DNA of 64,000 nucleotides, taken from NCBI GenBank assembly GCA_950097015.1, contig CATNEN010000008.1, positions 1,612,001 through 1,676,000 of the forward strand, given 5' to 3'. The notes beneath the pieces are model-generated. The model was not told where the DNA came from. It made no database searches and was given only the letters and a program-made list of their open reading frames with translations. The stretch is from Macrostomum hystrix. Taxonomy: Eukaryota; Animalia; Platyhelminthes. This document shows, one piece after another, positions 51,491 to 63,803 of this stretch (its first letter is position 1; every line of letters begins with the position of its first letter). A program made the translations under genes and the position numbers.

Positions 51491-53354
51491 TCAAATGATT
51501 CTAAGCAGGCTAGAATAGAAGCAGTAGCCGTAGAAGTCGCCATCAGCCAGACGGCGAATGCTCATAAAACGCAGATAGCCCAGTAGGTTGTTAACGTCTA
51601 ACATCGCCTCGACGTTAACGCCGGCGGCTGCAGCAACCGAGGCATGCTGCTGCTGCTGCTGACGCTGACCATTTGCAGATGTCGCAGCCGCAGCAACGGC
51701 AGCAGCAGCAGCAGCCGCAGCCAACTGATGCTGCTGCTGCTGCAGTTGCTGCGGCTGACGGCGCCTTCGATCGTTCTGTTGAAGCTCGAGAAAATTTGGC
51801 TGCTGCAGCATCTGGTGCTGCTGCTGCCGCTGTTGCTGCAGTCGAAACTGGCCGCCGGCAGAAACGGCGCGAATGCTGCGCAACAATCGCCTGGAGCCGA
51901 CCCTGGGCCAGACCCGAATATTGGAAAATGGCAGACGATCAAGCGGACAGGTTGCGCTACTCTTGGCCCACTCGCGCAGACAGGGAGGACAATAGGAGTG
52001 ATCGCAGCAGTCCGGGCTGGCGCATTCGCCTACTATGGTCTCCTGACAGATTGGACAGGCGAAGCTGCGGTCAGCGGGTAGCTGCTGGATTACCTTGCCG
52101 CCAACCTGGGCGGGGATTAGGAGATAACGAGATAAGTTCAGTCTGTTGGAAGATTTGAGTAAATAATGGATTAGATTAAAGTAGTTATGAAGGTTTCAGG
52201 GATTTTAAGGATAAACACACTCAGACTGTGGGGCATTAGGAAAAAAGATTTCGAACATATGTGCGTATTAAAATAAAGAGATTCAGATTCATATTGTTGG
52301 GATATTGGGATTCAAATGTTAGGATATTTGGATGAAGAGACTCAGACTGTTGGGATATTTGGATGAAGAGACTCAGACTGTTGGGATATTTGGATGAAGA
52401 GACTCAGACTGTTGGGATATTTGGATAAAGAGACTCAGACTGTTGGGATATTTGGATGAAGAGACTCAGACTGTTGGGATATTTGGATGAAGAGACTCAG
52501 ACTGTTAGGATATTTGGATAAAGAGACTCAGACTGTTGGGATATTTGGATGAAGAGACTCAGACTGTTGGGATATTTGGATGAAGAGACCCAGACTGTTG
52601 GGATATTTGGATGAAGAGACTCAGACTGTTGGGATATTTGGATGAAGAGACTCAGACTGTTGGGATATTTGGATGAAGAGACTCAGACTGTTGGGATATT
52701 GGGATATTGATTTTTGAGTGATTAGATCATAAAATTATAGATATTCAGATAATCGGATCAGATAATAATATAATATTTTTCTGGAAGATGCAGAGGACTG
52801 AAATATCAAAACAGGATGCACAGATCAACGTTAGGTCAGTAGCCCACCTCTCGCCTAACGTAGATAACGGTGAAAGCTCGCTTGCATGTCTCCATTGGAC
52901 ATGCCAGTCGCTTAGCTCCACCGGCCCTCTGCTGCAGCTCCAGCCAGTTGTTGAGACAGATTAAATGAAAATTATGACCCGGACACGACTGCGGACTAGC
53001 CAGTTCGCCGCTGAGGGGCTCGGCGCAAAGCGAGCACTGACTGGCGCTGTCTAGGCGAGGCTGGCCGCCTAGTAACACGCAGCGACGCTTTGAACGACGA
53101 AGCGCCGGCTTCGGTGAGGCGACCGCCGTAGCCGCCACAGCCGGAGTGCCAGGAGTCGGCGATTTTGGCGATTCGGTACGCGCCAAACGGCGCCGCTTTC
53201 TTGACGACGGCGTTGACGACGGCGATGTCGAAGGCGACATCGTTCGCGACGAGAGCTTCGATCGCGTTGACATTGAGACTGGTGTCGACGGCGACTGCAA
53301 CGTGTGCAGAGGCGAAGATTGCAGCTGCTGCTGCCGCTGTTGCTGTTGGTGCGG
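51491..53354 (-). CDS. RING-like plus RING protein with poly-Q tail, paralog of the second module of the PHRF1-like gene; upstream start exon uncertain (possibly ATG at 55168)
   Basis: Exon 53354-52848 (CSLC..SCPGHNFHLIC..CPMETC..IYVRRE) joins in phase 0 to exon 52105-51491 (VGGKVIQQLPADRSFACPICQE..PDCCDHSYCPPC..TCPLDRLPF, then Q/A-rich). Confidence 0.75.
52300..52705. repeat. 31-bp minisatellite (GTTGGGATATTTGGATGAAGAGACTCAGACT), intronic
   Basis: About 12 units visible. Confidence 0.95.
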
Positions 53355-55349
53355 CTGAAATAAATGACAGAAAATTATTATTTGAATGATAAGCATTTGT
53401 ATAATTGTATTGCTTTAGATCACCAACTCATTGGCTATATTTAAATTACAGTACCTTAAAAATACATATTAATTACTAATGGGATTAGCCCGTGAAGGGC
53501 TGTATGAACTGATGCATTAGGCATTATTTGGCAACTGAAACGAAACAAAGCAATTCCAACAATTTTGCTGCTACATGCATATGCACAACAGATGTGTATG
53601 GAGGCACATATTGACTATAGTAAATTTTATTGACAATGAAGACTTCCTTACTAATCACTTGTAGTCATAAATGTAACTTTACAAAGGCAAAATTTTTTAT
53701 TTAACTGCATGAGCACCTAAATTTATGCTTCTTATAATCTTGATTAATTATGACTTTTATATGAGCTATCAGAAGTTACCACTTAAATAGCTACTTGATA
53801 ATGATTACCATTAAAACCTCTATATTTCCATTATGGATGTATGTATAAGTTATAACAAAAACTTATGCAAAATTAAAGCATTTTAAAACATAGGCAAACA
53901 AATATTTATATAACACTTTATTCAGATTTATTCTAAGATTTATTCAGAATAATATCTAAAATTCTAGCTTATTCAAGGTCTTACTCCTTTTTGAGACGCA
54001 AAATATCATTTTTAACTATAGTATTGTGTATGTTTTAGGACCTTGTCCTAACTATGGTGCAGGCTTTCCTGTGTAGCATGAAATACTTTAGGGCCTATAC
54101 TTAATTTTTTAATATACAAAAATATCCTTTATACTTAACAATGAATAGGCTTCTTCAATCCCATAAAACTTTGGGTTTTCTGATTGCCAAGATAAAATTC
54201 TTGCTAAAAACCCAAGGTGTTTTGGAAGCTGCTCTAAGCCCCTAGCTCCATGCTCTAAGCAATGGAGCTAAAAATATGATTATGCAAGCAGGAAAAACTG
54301 AAAACAAAATAGGTCACTAAATTATATCTAATAAGTGCAAATATATACATTTTTGTAAGTGCACACTTCAGATATATTTAAAAATGCTGTTACTAGTAAA
54401 TCCATGTAAAATTACAGAAACTTACTTTTTGTATATATTTAATTCTATGTACTTATTTGGTTAATGATATAAAAATCACATAGTTCTGTTGGGCAAACCA
54501 GAACTCCATCCTGGTCTGTTTGATTTTAAACTTCATCCACTGTCTTCTAGTGGGTTTATGACAATGACCTAATATTTGTTGACCATTGTTGCCAAACTAT
54601 ACATGAAATATTTTTAAGTAGTTGGCACAAGATAGCTTGTAGTTTTTATGAAAAATTCTGTTTGTATGATTAAATAAAGTTATTAGACCTCAAAAAGCCA
54701 TTAGACCTAGGCCTACCACCCCACTAATACAATAAATAGAATTAATCTTCCATTGGTCCCATGCCTCCATTGAAGGTTAATCCTATTTATTTATTAATAG
54801 GATAAATAATAACCACACCAAATAAGCCAAAACTAGAGATTCTCTATGCCCTACTAAGTGTGGTCATTCTGTGATAGGGAAGCCATTCTATAGAAAGTGG
54901 TTGAAGATGGAACAAAAGGGTAGCTTCTTTAACTCAGTACTCCTAACAAAAAGCCACATTAACACAGATTTATTATAAATTCGGGTTTATTATAAATCAT
55001 TTATAATCCTACATATGATCCTATTCTATAGGATTAAAGTTCAAGAAACCTCAATGAGTGTACATAGTAATAAGTGACCCTGATACCGAACAGCTAGCTG
55101 CAGAGTTTTTGCGTTGAGTTGTAGTAAAATTTACATAGACCTGCCTGACTGCATTGATCAGTCGGCATTTTTGAGCTTAACTTAAATTTACGCTTTGGAA
55201 CAGGTTCTAATTTCAGTGCGTAAAACAAATTTGTGATAAATATATTGTAGCAGTACTTTCCCTTTCCGTGTCCTTCCTTGTCCCTTTCTTTTCTTATTTT
55301 TTCTTTGCGTCACCCGCTTTTTGTAAGCACTCTAGATTTTTCCTTTTGA

Positions 55350-55470
55350 ATCTGATTGGCTGTTGCGTGTTCAACGACCCTTACCCAATCGCGCGTTAGT
55401 GGCTTTCGTACCCCACTAGCGCGTTGTGATTGGTTGGGGACGACTGCTCTCTTGTTGACCCCGCCCTTTC
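55350..55470. promoter_or_regulatory. CCAAT/GC-box promoter-like region upstream of the RING paralog
   Basis: GATTGG at about 55355, CCAATC at 55385, GATTGG at 55428-55433, CCCGCCC at about 55459. A GC-richer island in AT-rich DNA. Confidence 0.5.
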
Positions 55471-56849
55471 CCCCAGTTGTTTTTCTATTTATTTACTTTG
55501 CTGTTTCGCAAAAAAAAGACGCTTACTTTCCCTTTTCTCTATTTGCGAAATTCAAATCCTGCGCACACGGCTACAATATTCACATTTAAGTTTCTACGCT
55601 TAAAACAAAAGAAAAAAAGTGACCACTAAACTTTTCCAGCTGCTTCGTTTTTATGTCTTTTCTTCTAATTAGTTACAGGCCACCAACCACGTTTATAACC
55701 GACCACTTGTTTAGCGACTTGTATACCGGCTGACAACAAAGTTCCGCATGTTGTACAGCGAACGACAGTCACTTGAATAAAAAATTCAAGATCCTAAAGC
55801 AAAATTCATCTTTTTTGCTATTTCAATAAAATGTGTTTTGCCGACGCCTCGATTCTGTTTTCTTTTTCCAAATGACAAACTAAATATATAACTTCTATCA
55901 TTTTTTATGTAGACGAAACTACAAGCTTGTCGATATTTATGGAGCCGATTTAAAACGAAAAACAAGAGCGAAGCGATATATTTAGCTATGCATTATCAAA
56001 AGTAGGCTGGCTCTACAGGCCTTAACTTACAACAAATAAACATTTGAAGTTTTTCTACAACTGAGAAATCTAAGAGTATTGTCCGGTACATATCTAAAAG
56101 TGGGGTAGATTGAGACACTGGGAAATAGACTTGATCATTAAACGAAACTTTTTGTTGGGTATATTTTGCTTAGAAAGCAAGAGAATAACAACGTATAAAG
56201 ATAGGCACATTGATGAATCAAGTACAAACCAAAAACTAATATTTTATCTAATCTAAATCTATCTTAAATTACGAGCGTACAAAAGATTGAACTCGCATGC
56301 AATCTTTTTCTCACTTGTACGCTTTAAAAGAATGAATACGAACGAAGGAACAAATTTTTCACAAATTCTGCTTTACATAAGGACAAGTATCTGATTTTTA
56401 ACCAATTAGTAACCATATTACTTTGCCAAGCAATATGTCAAGGAGCATTATGCATGCCGAAATTATATAACTGAAAACTTTAATCGAGCGATATTTAACT
56501 TAAAACTGAATGGCAAGAGTGCAAGCGCACTTTCGGATACAATTAGTCTATGGTAGAAAGATTCTGGCGGTGCTACACGCTTCAAATTTGCTGCTTGAGA
56601 TTTTTATTTGTACCTTTTTGTTTAGCATGAGAGAAAGTAAGTGATATCCACACGCATAGGAAGTTAGTTGTGCAAGAATCTAATTTAAAGTTAATGAAAA
56701 AGACACTACAGTCGAGTAATTTCAAATGGACAGGGGACTACTAACAGACTAAGAGACGATATGTGGATCTCGACTTTGCTTTGAATTATTAAATTTTTAA
56801 GCACTTCTGAAGCAGCTTAAAGTCTAAAATTCCACATCACAAAACGGTG

Positions 56850-57435
56850 GATCTGGGATGATGGCTGCTGATCCTGAGGATCTGAGATAGTGGCTGCCGA
56901 TCCTGAGGATCTGAGATAGTGGCTGCCGATCCTGAGGATCTGAGATAGTGGCTGCTGATCCTGAGGATCTGAGATAGTGGCTGCCGATCCTGAGGATCTG
57001 AGATAGTGGCTGCTGATCCTGAGGATCTGAGATAGTGGCTGCCGATCCTGAGGATCTGAGATAGTGGCTGCCGATCCTGAGGATCTGAGATAGTGGCTGC
57101 TGATCCTGAGGATCTGAGATAGTGGCTGCCGATCCTGAGGATCTGAGATAGTGGCTGCCGATCCTGAGGATCTGAGATAGTGGCTGCCGATCCTGAGGAT
57201 CTGAGATAGTGGCTGCCGATCCTGAGGATCTGAGATAGTGGCTGCCGATCCTGAGGATCTGAGATAGTGGCTGCTGATCCTGAGGATCTGAGATAGTGGC
57301 TGCTGATCCTGAGGGTCTGAGATATTGGCTGCTGATCCTGAGTATTTGGGATGGTGGCTGCTGATCCTGAGGATCTAGGCTGGTGGCCGCTGGTCCTGAG
57401 GATCTGGGCTGGTGGCTGCTGATCCTGAGGATCTC
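56850..57435. repeat. 29-bp satellite (GATCCTGAGGATCTGAGATAGTGGCTGC[C/T]), about 20 copies, downstream of MMUT
   Basis: Directly visible. Confidence 0.96.
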
Positions 57436-57706
57436 GGATTATTTCAGCTACCTGTCACTTGTTACCTGAATATTTTGAAGGGTTTATGGCTGACAATGAA
57501 GAGCGCCCATAGGTTGTTGTAACAGTAAAATCAGATTTTATCATTTTCTATCTGCCAATGTCGAGCTCCAAATAGCTTTTAAAACGTCAGATGAAGTTTT
57601 TCTAAATTAAATATTTAAACAACAAAGCTAAAGACGATCGACATTCTACTTTCGCTAGGTAAATATCCATAGAGCAGCTGTCAATTATTATGTATCATAG
57701 GGGCTG

Positions 57707-60700
57707 TCAGTGAGCAGCCGCGCCAGAATTCTGGTGCACCTTAATGGCCGCCAGAACTTTATCGGCAGCCTCCGGAATTCTGGTGCCCGGACCGAATACT
57801 TCGGCTACGCCGCAGTGTTTCAAGAATTCATAGTCCTGCGGCGGAATGACTCCACCAGCGATGACAACAATGTCTGAGCGGCCCTGCTCGCGCAGCAGTT
57901 TGATTAGCTCCGGGATCAGGGTCTTGTGGCCAGCCGCCAGGCTGCTAACGCCGATAGCGTGAACATCGGCATCAACAGCCTGTTGGACAGCTTCGGCCGG
58001 GGTGGAGAACAGCGGACCGACGTCGACATCCCAGCCGAGGTCGGCGAAACCGGTGGCAATCACCTGGAATTTGTTCGTGCTTAGGAAAAATTTTAAACAG
58101 ACGACGAGACATTCGAATCGAATCGAGACTTCGAGACTATTCGATTCGAGACTATCGAATTTGAAGCATAGTTTCTCACGCCGATTACATAAAATAAATT
58201 GCTAGAAGCTGTTTAAGTTCGTGACATTCAACCAACCTTTCCGCCGCGATCGTGGCCGTCCTGGCCCAGCTTGGCCACCAGGATGCGCGGCTGTCGGCCT
58301 TCGGCCTTGGCGAAATCGCGCACCCGGGCCATGATAGCGTCCAGCTGCTCGCTGTGCCCCATTTCTGACAGGTAGGCGCCGGACACCAGGCGATCGTGAG
58401 CGACATGACGGCCGAACACAATCTCCATGGCGTCGGTGATCTCGCCGATGGTGGCACGCTGTCTGGCGGCCTCAATAGTCAGTGCCAGCAGATTGGCGCC
58501 CTCAGAACGGCAGCCCTCGGTTATGTCGGCCAGAGCCTGTGTTGGGGGGGAAGGGAGCAAAGTATATTTATAGTCCAGATGAGCAAGTCTAAAATCTTAA
58601 ATCATGCGCTTCTAGGTTAGTGCCTCACCTTTTCAACTGCGACCTTGTTTCGCTTCGCCCGAACACGCTGCACCCTGGCCTTCTGAGCCTCCAGCACCAT
58701 TGTGTTGTCGATGACCAATACTTCAACTCTCTCCTTCTCGGCCTGATCCGGTGGCAGGCGGTACTTGTTAACGCCGACAATCACCTCGTGACCGCCGTCG
58801 ATCCGAGCCTGTGTTGGCATGCATGGCTTTTTTATAGTCATTGAATTTCCTCAAATGGAACATTGGAATTTGGAATTGATTGGGATTCGATGGAATTGAT
58901 TGGGATTCTATGGAACTGATTAGGATTCTATGGAATTGATTGGAATTCTATGTAATTGATTGGAATTCTATGTAATTGATTGGAATTCTATATTATTTTT
59001 GGAATTCTATGGAAAGTCATGGAATCTTAGAGAAAATTTGGAATGGAGTCTTATAGCATTCTGGGAACGTAATGTTCGGGGAGTTTTTATAATTATCTTC
59101 TATGCAGTTCAATAAACTTTTAATGGCATTTCATAGAAATTTTTGGAATTTCAACGGAAATTTTTTAAAACTTTCCACGGAATGGAATTCAATGGAACAT
59201 AGTCAGGAATCTCTTTGGGATTCCTGGAATGGAAGAATTTTAATGACAGAATTATAGTTTACAAAAAATCGGAATTCATCAGCTAAGAGATATATCAGAC
59301 ACAGAATGAGTAGAATTAAATTATTGAAGAAATGTATTGCGATAAGGAATTAAAAATTGGCAAATTGAAAACACAATTCAGCGGTGAACTCAGCTGTCAA
59401 TCAAACTTACCTGTTTTTTAGCGGCGGCCTCTTCAATCTGGAGCTTCGGAATGCCGTCGGCCACAGCCTTGGCCATGCCGCCGTGCGACTCAATCTCCTG
59501 GATGAGCTTGAGCGCCCTGTCGTAGATCTCGTCGGTTAGAGCCTCCATCATGTAGGAGCCGCCCCAGGGATCAATGACGCGCGGTATGCCGGTCTCCTCC
59601 TGAAGAATGATTTGCGTGTTGCGAGCGATGCGAGCAGAGAATCTGGTCGGCAGGCCCAAAGCTTCGTCGAATGAGTTGGTGTGCAACGACTGGGTGCCGC
59701 CAAACACGGATGCCATTGCCTCCACCTGAGTGAATTGTAGCAAATTTTATGTCTGGTTTCTCATTTTATCTGTGATTGGAAATTACTATTATAATTAACT
59801 GATCAGTGGTAACAAACCGTAGTCCGGATAATGTTATTGTATGGATCCTGTTCAGTCAGGGACCAGCCAGAAGTCTGCGAGTGGCAGCGCAGCAACAGGG
59901 ACTTATCCGACTTGGGCTTGAAGTGCTCCTTGAGCAGGTTGGCCCATAGACGCCTGGCAGCCCGTAGCTTGGCGATCTCCATGTAGAAGTTCATGCCGAT
60001 GCCCCAGAAGAAGCTCAGCCTGGGAGCAAATTCGTCAATAGTCAGGCCGGCCTTGATGCCGGTGCGGCAGTACTCAAGGCCGTCGGCAATTGTGAAGGCC
60101 AGCTCTTGGATAGCATCGGCACCGGCCTCCTGTCGTACGCGGAAGTAAACCAATATTAACTATAAGCTCCTATGTACTGTGGGGGGAGAGTGGCACAGCT
60201 GTCTTTTGCCAAGCGCAGCAAGTTGGTCTCTAAACTCGATTCCGCGGCGAGGCCACATTCATTCATTTGGGGCGCAGCCGTGGAGAGAAGGCTTGGGGGC
60301 TTTTCGTGCAATTTACGCCATTAAGGGCCAACGTCCAAGGCACAGTGAAAGTGTACACAGCCTGACAGCCCCTAAGTCAGGGGCAGATGACTCCTGTGTG
60401 CTCAGGAGTCAGCGGAATGGGCGGAATTGCTTCCTCGCTGGCTGCGGATCTGGCTCTCAATATGGGCTGCCGGGTGCCAGATCCTAAGATAAGAGTTACC
60501 ACAGCAACGCACACATGATCAATTGAATATTTGCATACTAAAGAAATTTGATCGCTCACCTGCATGTGATAACCGGAGATGCTGATGCAGTTAAACTTGG
60601 GCATATTCTTAGAGCAATAGCTGAAAATGTCGGCGATAACGCGCATACTGGGCTCCGGCGGGAAGATGTAGGTGTTGCGAACCATGAACTCTTTGAGAAT

Positions 60701-61840
60701 GTCGTTCTGGATGGTGCCGGACAATTCCGACTGCTTGGCTCCCTGGAGCAAATAATTAATTCGAGATAGCAGATATTCGATGGATTATAGTTTACAGCGA
60801 ATGTAGCTAAATACATTATTGGGGCCTGTAGCCTAGTGGTTTAAGCGTCGGACTCACGTCGGGATTCGAACCCCCGACCTTAAAGTCGTGAGTCCGACGC
60901 TCTAACCACCAGGCTACAACCTCAACTGTGTCCTTTGGCAAGATAGTTAATTCTGAATTGCTTCTGAGCTGTGGTAATTGAGGGTGGGTTTTTAATAGTA
61001 ATATCATATAATAATACTATTAATACTTTAAGGTCGCTTAGTCAGACTATAAGATTTATATAATGTCGGATATTTAGATACGCACGTATAAATAAAGCGA
61101 TAAATCTAAATAGACAGGTAGATATTAATGTAGTTGGACATCCAGATAGGCAGGTAAACATTAAATTAGACAAAATTATATTACAATCAATAAGAAAACA
61201 GAAGCTATCCATAAGATGACTGGCTTACCTGTTCCTCGGCGGCCACAATATAGAAAGCGAGCACTGGCAGCACGGCGCCATTCATAGTCATAGAAGTTGA
61301 GATCTTATCCAGCGGAATAGAATCGAACAGGATCTTCATATCCTCGACAGTGTCTATGGCCACACCGGCCATGCCAACGTCGCCTTTAACGCGCGGATTA
61401 TCGCTGTCGTAGCCGCGGTGAGTGGGCAGATCGAAGGCCACGCTCAGACCCTGCTGACCGGCGGCGATATTAGCCCTGTAGAATTTATTGCTCTCCTCTA
61501 CAGTACTAAAACCGGCGTATTGTCGAATTGTCCAAGGCTTCTGGGCGTACATAGTCGGATAGGGGCCGCGAGTGAAGGGAAATTTTCCTGACACCTCCCT
61601 AGGAACGTTAGACACATCGTCCTTAGTATATATTGGCCGGATAACAATACCCTCAGCTGTGCGCCAATTCAATTTTGCTGGATCTTGGCCTTTCAGCTGC
61701 TTCTTGGCTAGGGCAGCCCAGTCCTCTGGTACTTTGGCTTGGCACAGGCAGCGAATTGGTTGGCCGGCACTCGCGCTGCTGCCACTGATGGCAGCGGAGC
61801 GGAAGCTCACGATAGTGCGTGAGGCAGATAATAGGCGCAT
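57707..61840 (-). CDS. MMUT: Methylmalonyl-CoA mutase, mitochondrial (752 aa, 7 exons)
   Basis: Exons 61840-61229, 60742-60560, 60129-59818, 59725-59411, 58808-58629, 58536-58237, 58063-57707; sum 2259 nt in frame. [55 protein letters not shown], and cobalamin-binding [15 protein letters not shown]. Confidence 0.97.
58860..59000. repeat. About 20-bp degenerate minisatellite (GGAATTGATTGGGATTCTAT), MMUT intron 4
   Basis: Directly visible. Confidence 0.8.
60185..60480 (+). mobile_element. SINE family A copy in MMUT intron 2
   Basis: AGTGGCA..AACTCGATTCCGCGGCGAGGCCACA head plus family body. Confidence 0.78.
60830..60985. mobile_element. Rearranged SINE family B copy with fold-back tRNA head, MMUT intron 1
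   Basis: A plus-strand 5' half of the head, a reversed full head, then the plus-strand TGTGTCCTTTGGCAAG core. Confidence 0.7.
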
Positions 61841-62559
61841 CTTTTAGCTTAGTGCTGCTTGTCTGCGATAGAAAGCAATTGAGATTGGCTTATGGAAGGA
61901 AGTTGTGTTAAGGCAACCTCTGGGCCAAGTAGTCTCTTTAATATCTATCCACTACTTGTGCCTGTCAACTTTCTGTCCTAAAATTTTGCATCTACTTTAT
62001 CTAAGATGCCAATAATACATATATCAAGATAAACAAATAATTATTAAAATGCTTTAAAAACTATTCAAATTTTAATTAGGAGCAGAAACATGACATATTC
62101 AAATAGATAATGTAGCCAAAATAGAAAATATCTTACCATAAATTAATATTTTGTTAGCTGCAAATACAGAACTGTAGCAAATTGTGTAGATTCTATTAAC
62201 TCATAATTTGCAATTGACACATGGCAAGTGAAAATGGGCATGATTGTGTTGTATGCCCTCTCTATCTTTCCACTCCTGTTTTTCTCTCTGAGTATTATTT
62301 GGGTTAGGATTGGCTAGTCTATGTTACTAGGGTGAGGCTTAAGCTGAGCCCTGGCCTAGGCCAGTCAAGACTTTCATTACACATATGGATTTCAAGGACT
62401 ACTAGGAATAGAAGGATGGGAAACTCCACTTCTTAGAAAAAAAATTAAAGGCAGGTTTTTTCAAATCAATACATTATCAAGATAGGAAATTTTCTATTTT
62501 TCATATTTAAATGGTGACTGCTTTTGATTGGAAGCATATATAAAGCAGTTATCTATATA

Positions 62560-63803
62560 CGAGGGGTGTCCAAAAAGTAGTGATACTTTTGCTCGTACAG
62601 CCTTACTGCATGCTTGAAAATCAGCAAGTTTGGTGTTGTTGGAAAGCGAAAAATATCAGCTTTAATTTGACTGCAAACATTTAACAAAAACACAACCTAT
62701 AACAAAGTTATGAATAGAAACACACAACAAGGTCAGCCATAGAGTTACAATGAATTTATGCATGGTGTAACAGGTCAAGAAGTTTCGACAGTTAGTATGA
62801 CTCATCATCATCAGGGAGGGAAGCTTTCTCGACATAATTACCCCCCGATTGCACGCACTTCTCCCAGCGACGAAACAAGTGATCAATTGCATCTGCGTAG
62901 ATCTGTCGCGGAATCACGTGCAAAAGTACTCTGCGGACTTCCTGTTCCAGGTGATCACGGCTGACATGGACACGGCCCCTCAGGTGGCGCTTCAATTGAG
63001 GGAAAAGGGCAAGATCAGAGATGAACCGTTGATCGTGGCGTGTCGAGTCTGTCAGCAATCTCACGAACTGTCATTCTGCAGTCTTCTTCCAGCAGATCAA
63101 GAATCCGGTCAGCCAAAGCCTTTGAGCTTGGTGTAGATGGCCTTCCTGGCCTTGGCAAGTCAGCCAAATTTGTTCTTCCTGACTCAAATTGCTCGACCCA
63201 TCTGTACACCGTCATGCGACTTACTGCTTCAGCTCCGTGAATGCTGCACAGATGATGGTAAATCTCCTGCCCACTTTTCCCAATACTCCATAGTGTGTGA
63301 ATTGCGTGTCGCTGTCCTTCCTTTGAGCGCACGTCCATAACTGTCAGTTGAACAGAATCTGGTCTTGAAAAAGCAAGCACTTGTGAAAGAAAAATGAGCT
63401 GGCAGTGCAGAAGCAGGCAGGCAGGCAGAAGCAAGCAGGCAGTGCGAAGAAGACTTAGCCACAATTTACCACAGACAAAAAAGCAACCCTCGTACGCTCG
63501 TAAAATGCTATCCCAGTATTTATTGGTTTACATTTATTGATTTGTTAAGCTCTAAAGCTTCATGAATCTTTGAGGCAGATAAAAACTCAACAAAGTCAAC
63601 CATACAGTATTTTTGTAAGTCTATGAGCAACCCTTGCTCAAATAGACAGTGATAACTTTTTTAAAAAACAACATATGAGGATGATTTTTTAGTCAAATTA
63701 AGGCTGATATTTTTCGCTTTCCAACAACACCAAACTTGCTGATTTTCAAGCATGCAGTAAGGCTATACGAGCAAAAGTATCACTACTTTTTGGACACCCC
63801 TCG
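62560..63803 (-). mobile_element. Non-autonomous mariner/Tc1 element, 1244 bp, with about 113-bp TIRs and TA target duplication
   Basis: TA|CGAGGGGTGTCCAAAAAGTAG... and ...CTACTTTTTGGACACCCCTCG|TA; the TIRs match over about 113 bp with 2 mismatches. Transposase N-terminus (VYRWVEQFESGR..PRPGRP..TVREIADRL) fused to the C-terminal remnant (SDLALFPQLK..RWEKCVQSGGNYVEK). Confidence 0.93.
63015..63338 (-). pseudogene. Truncated mariner transposase ORF (107 aa, DNA-binding HTH region only)
   Basis: ATG at 63338 to TGA at 63015; catalytic DD34D region absent. Confidence 0.85.

Noticed and set aside
62775-62817. Hammerhead-like CTGATGA...GAAAC on the minus strand at the mariner 3' end
   Set aside because: A weak stem II is possible, but stems I and III and a cleavage triplet cannot be formed.
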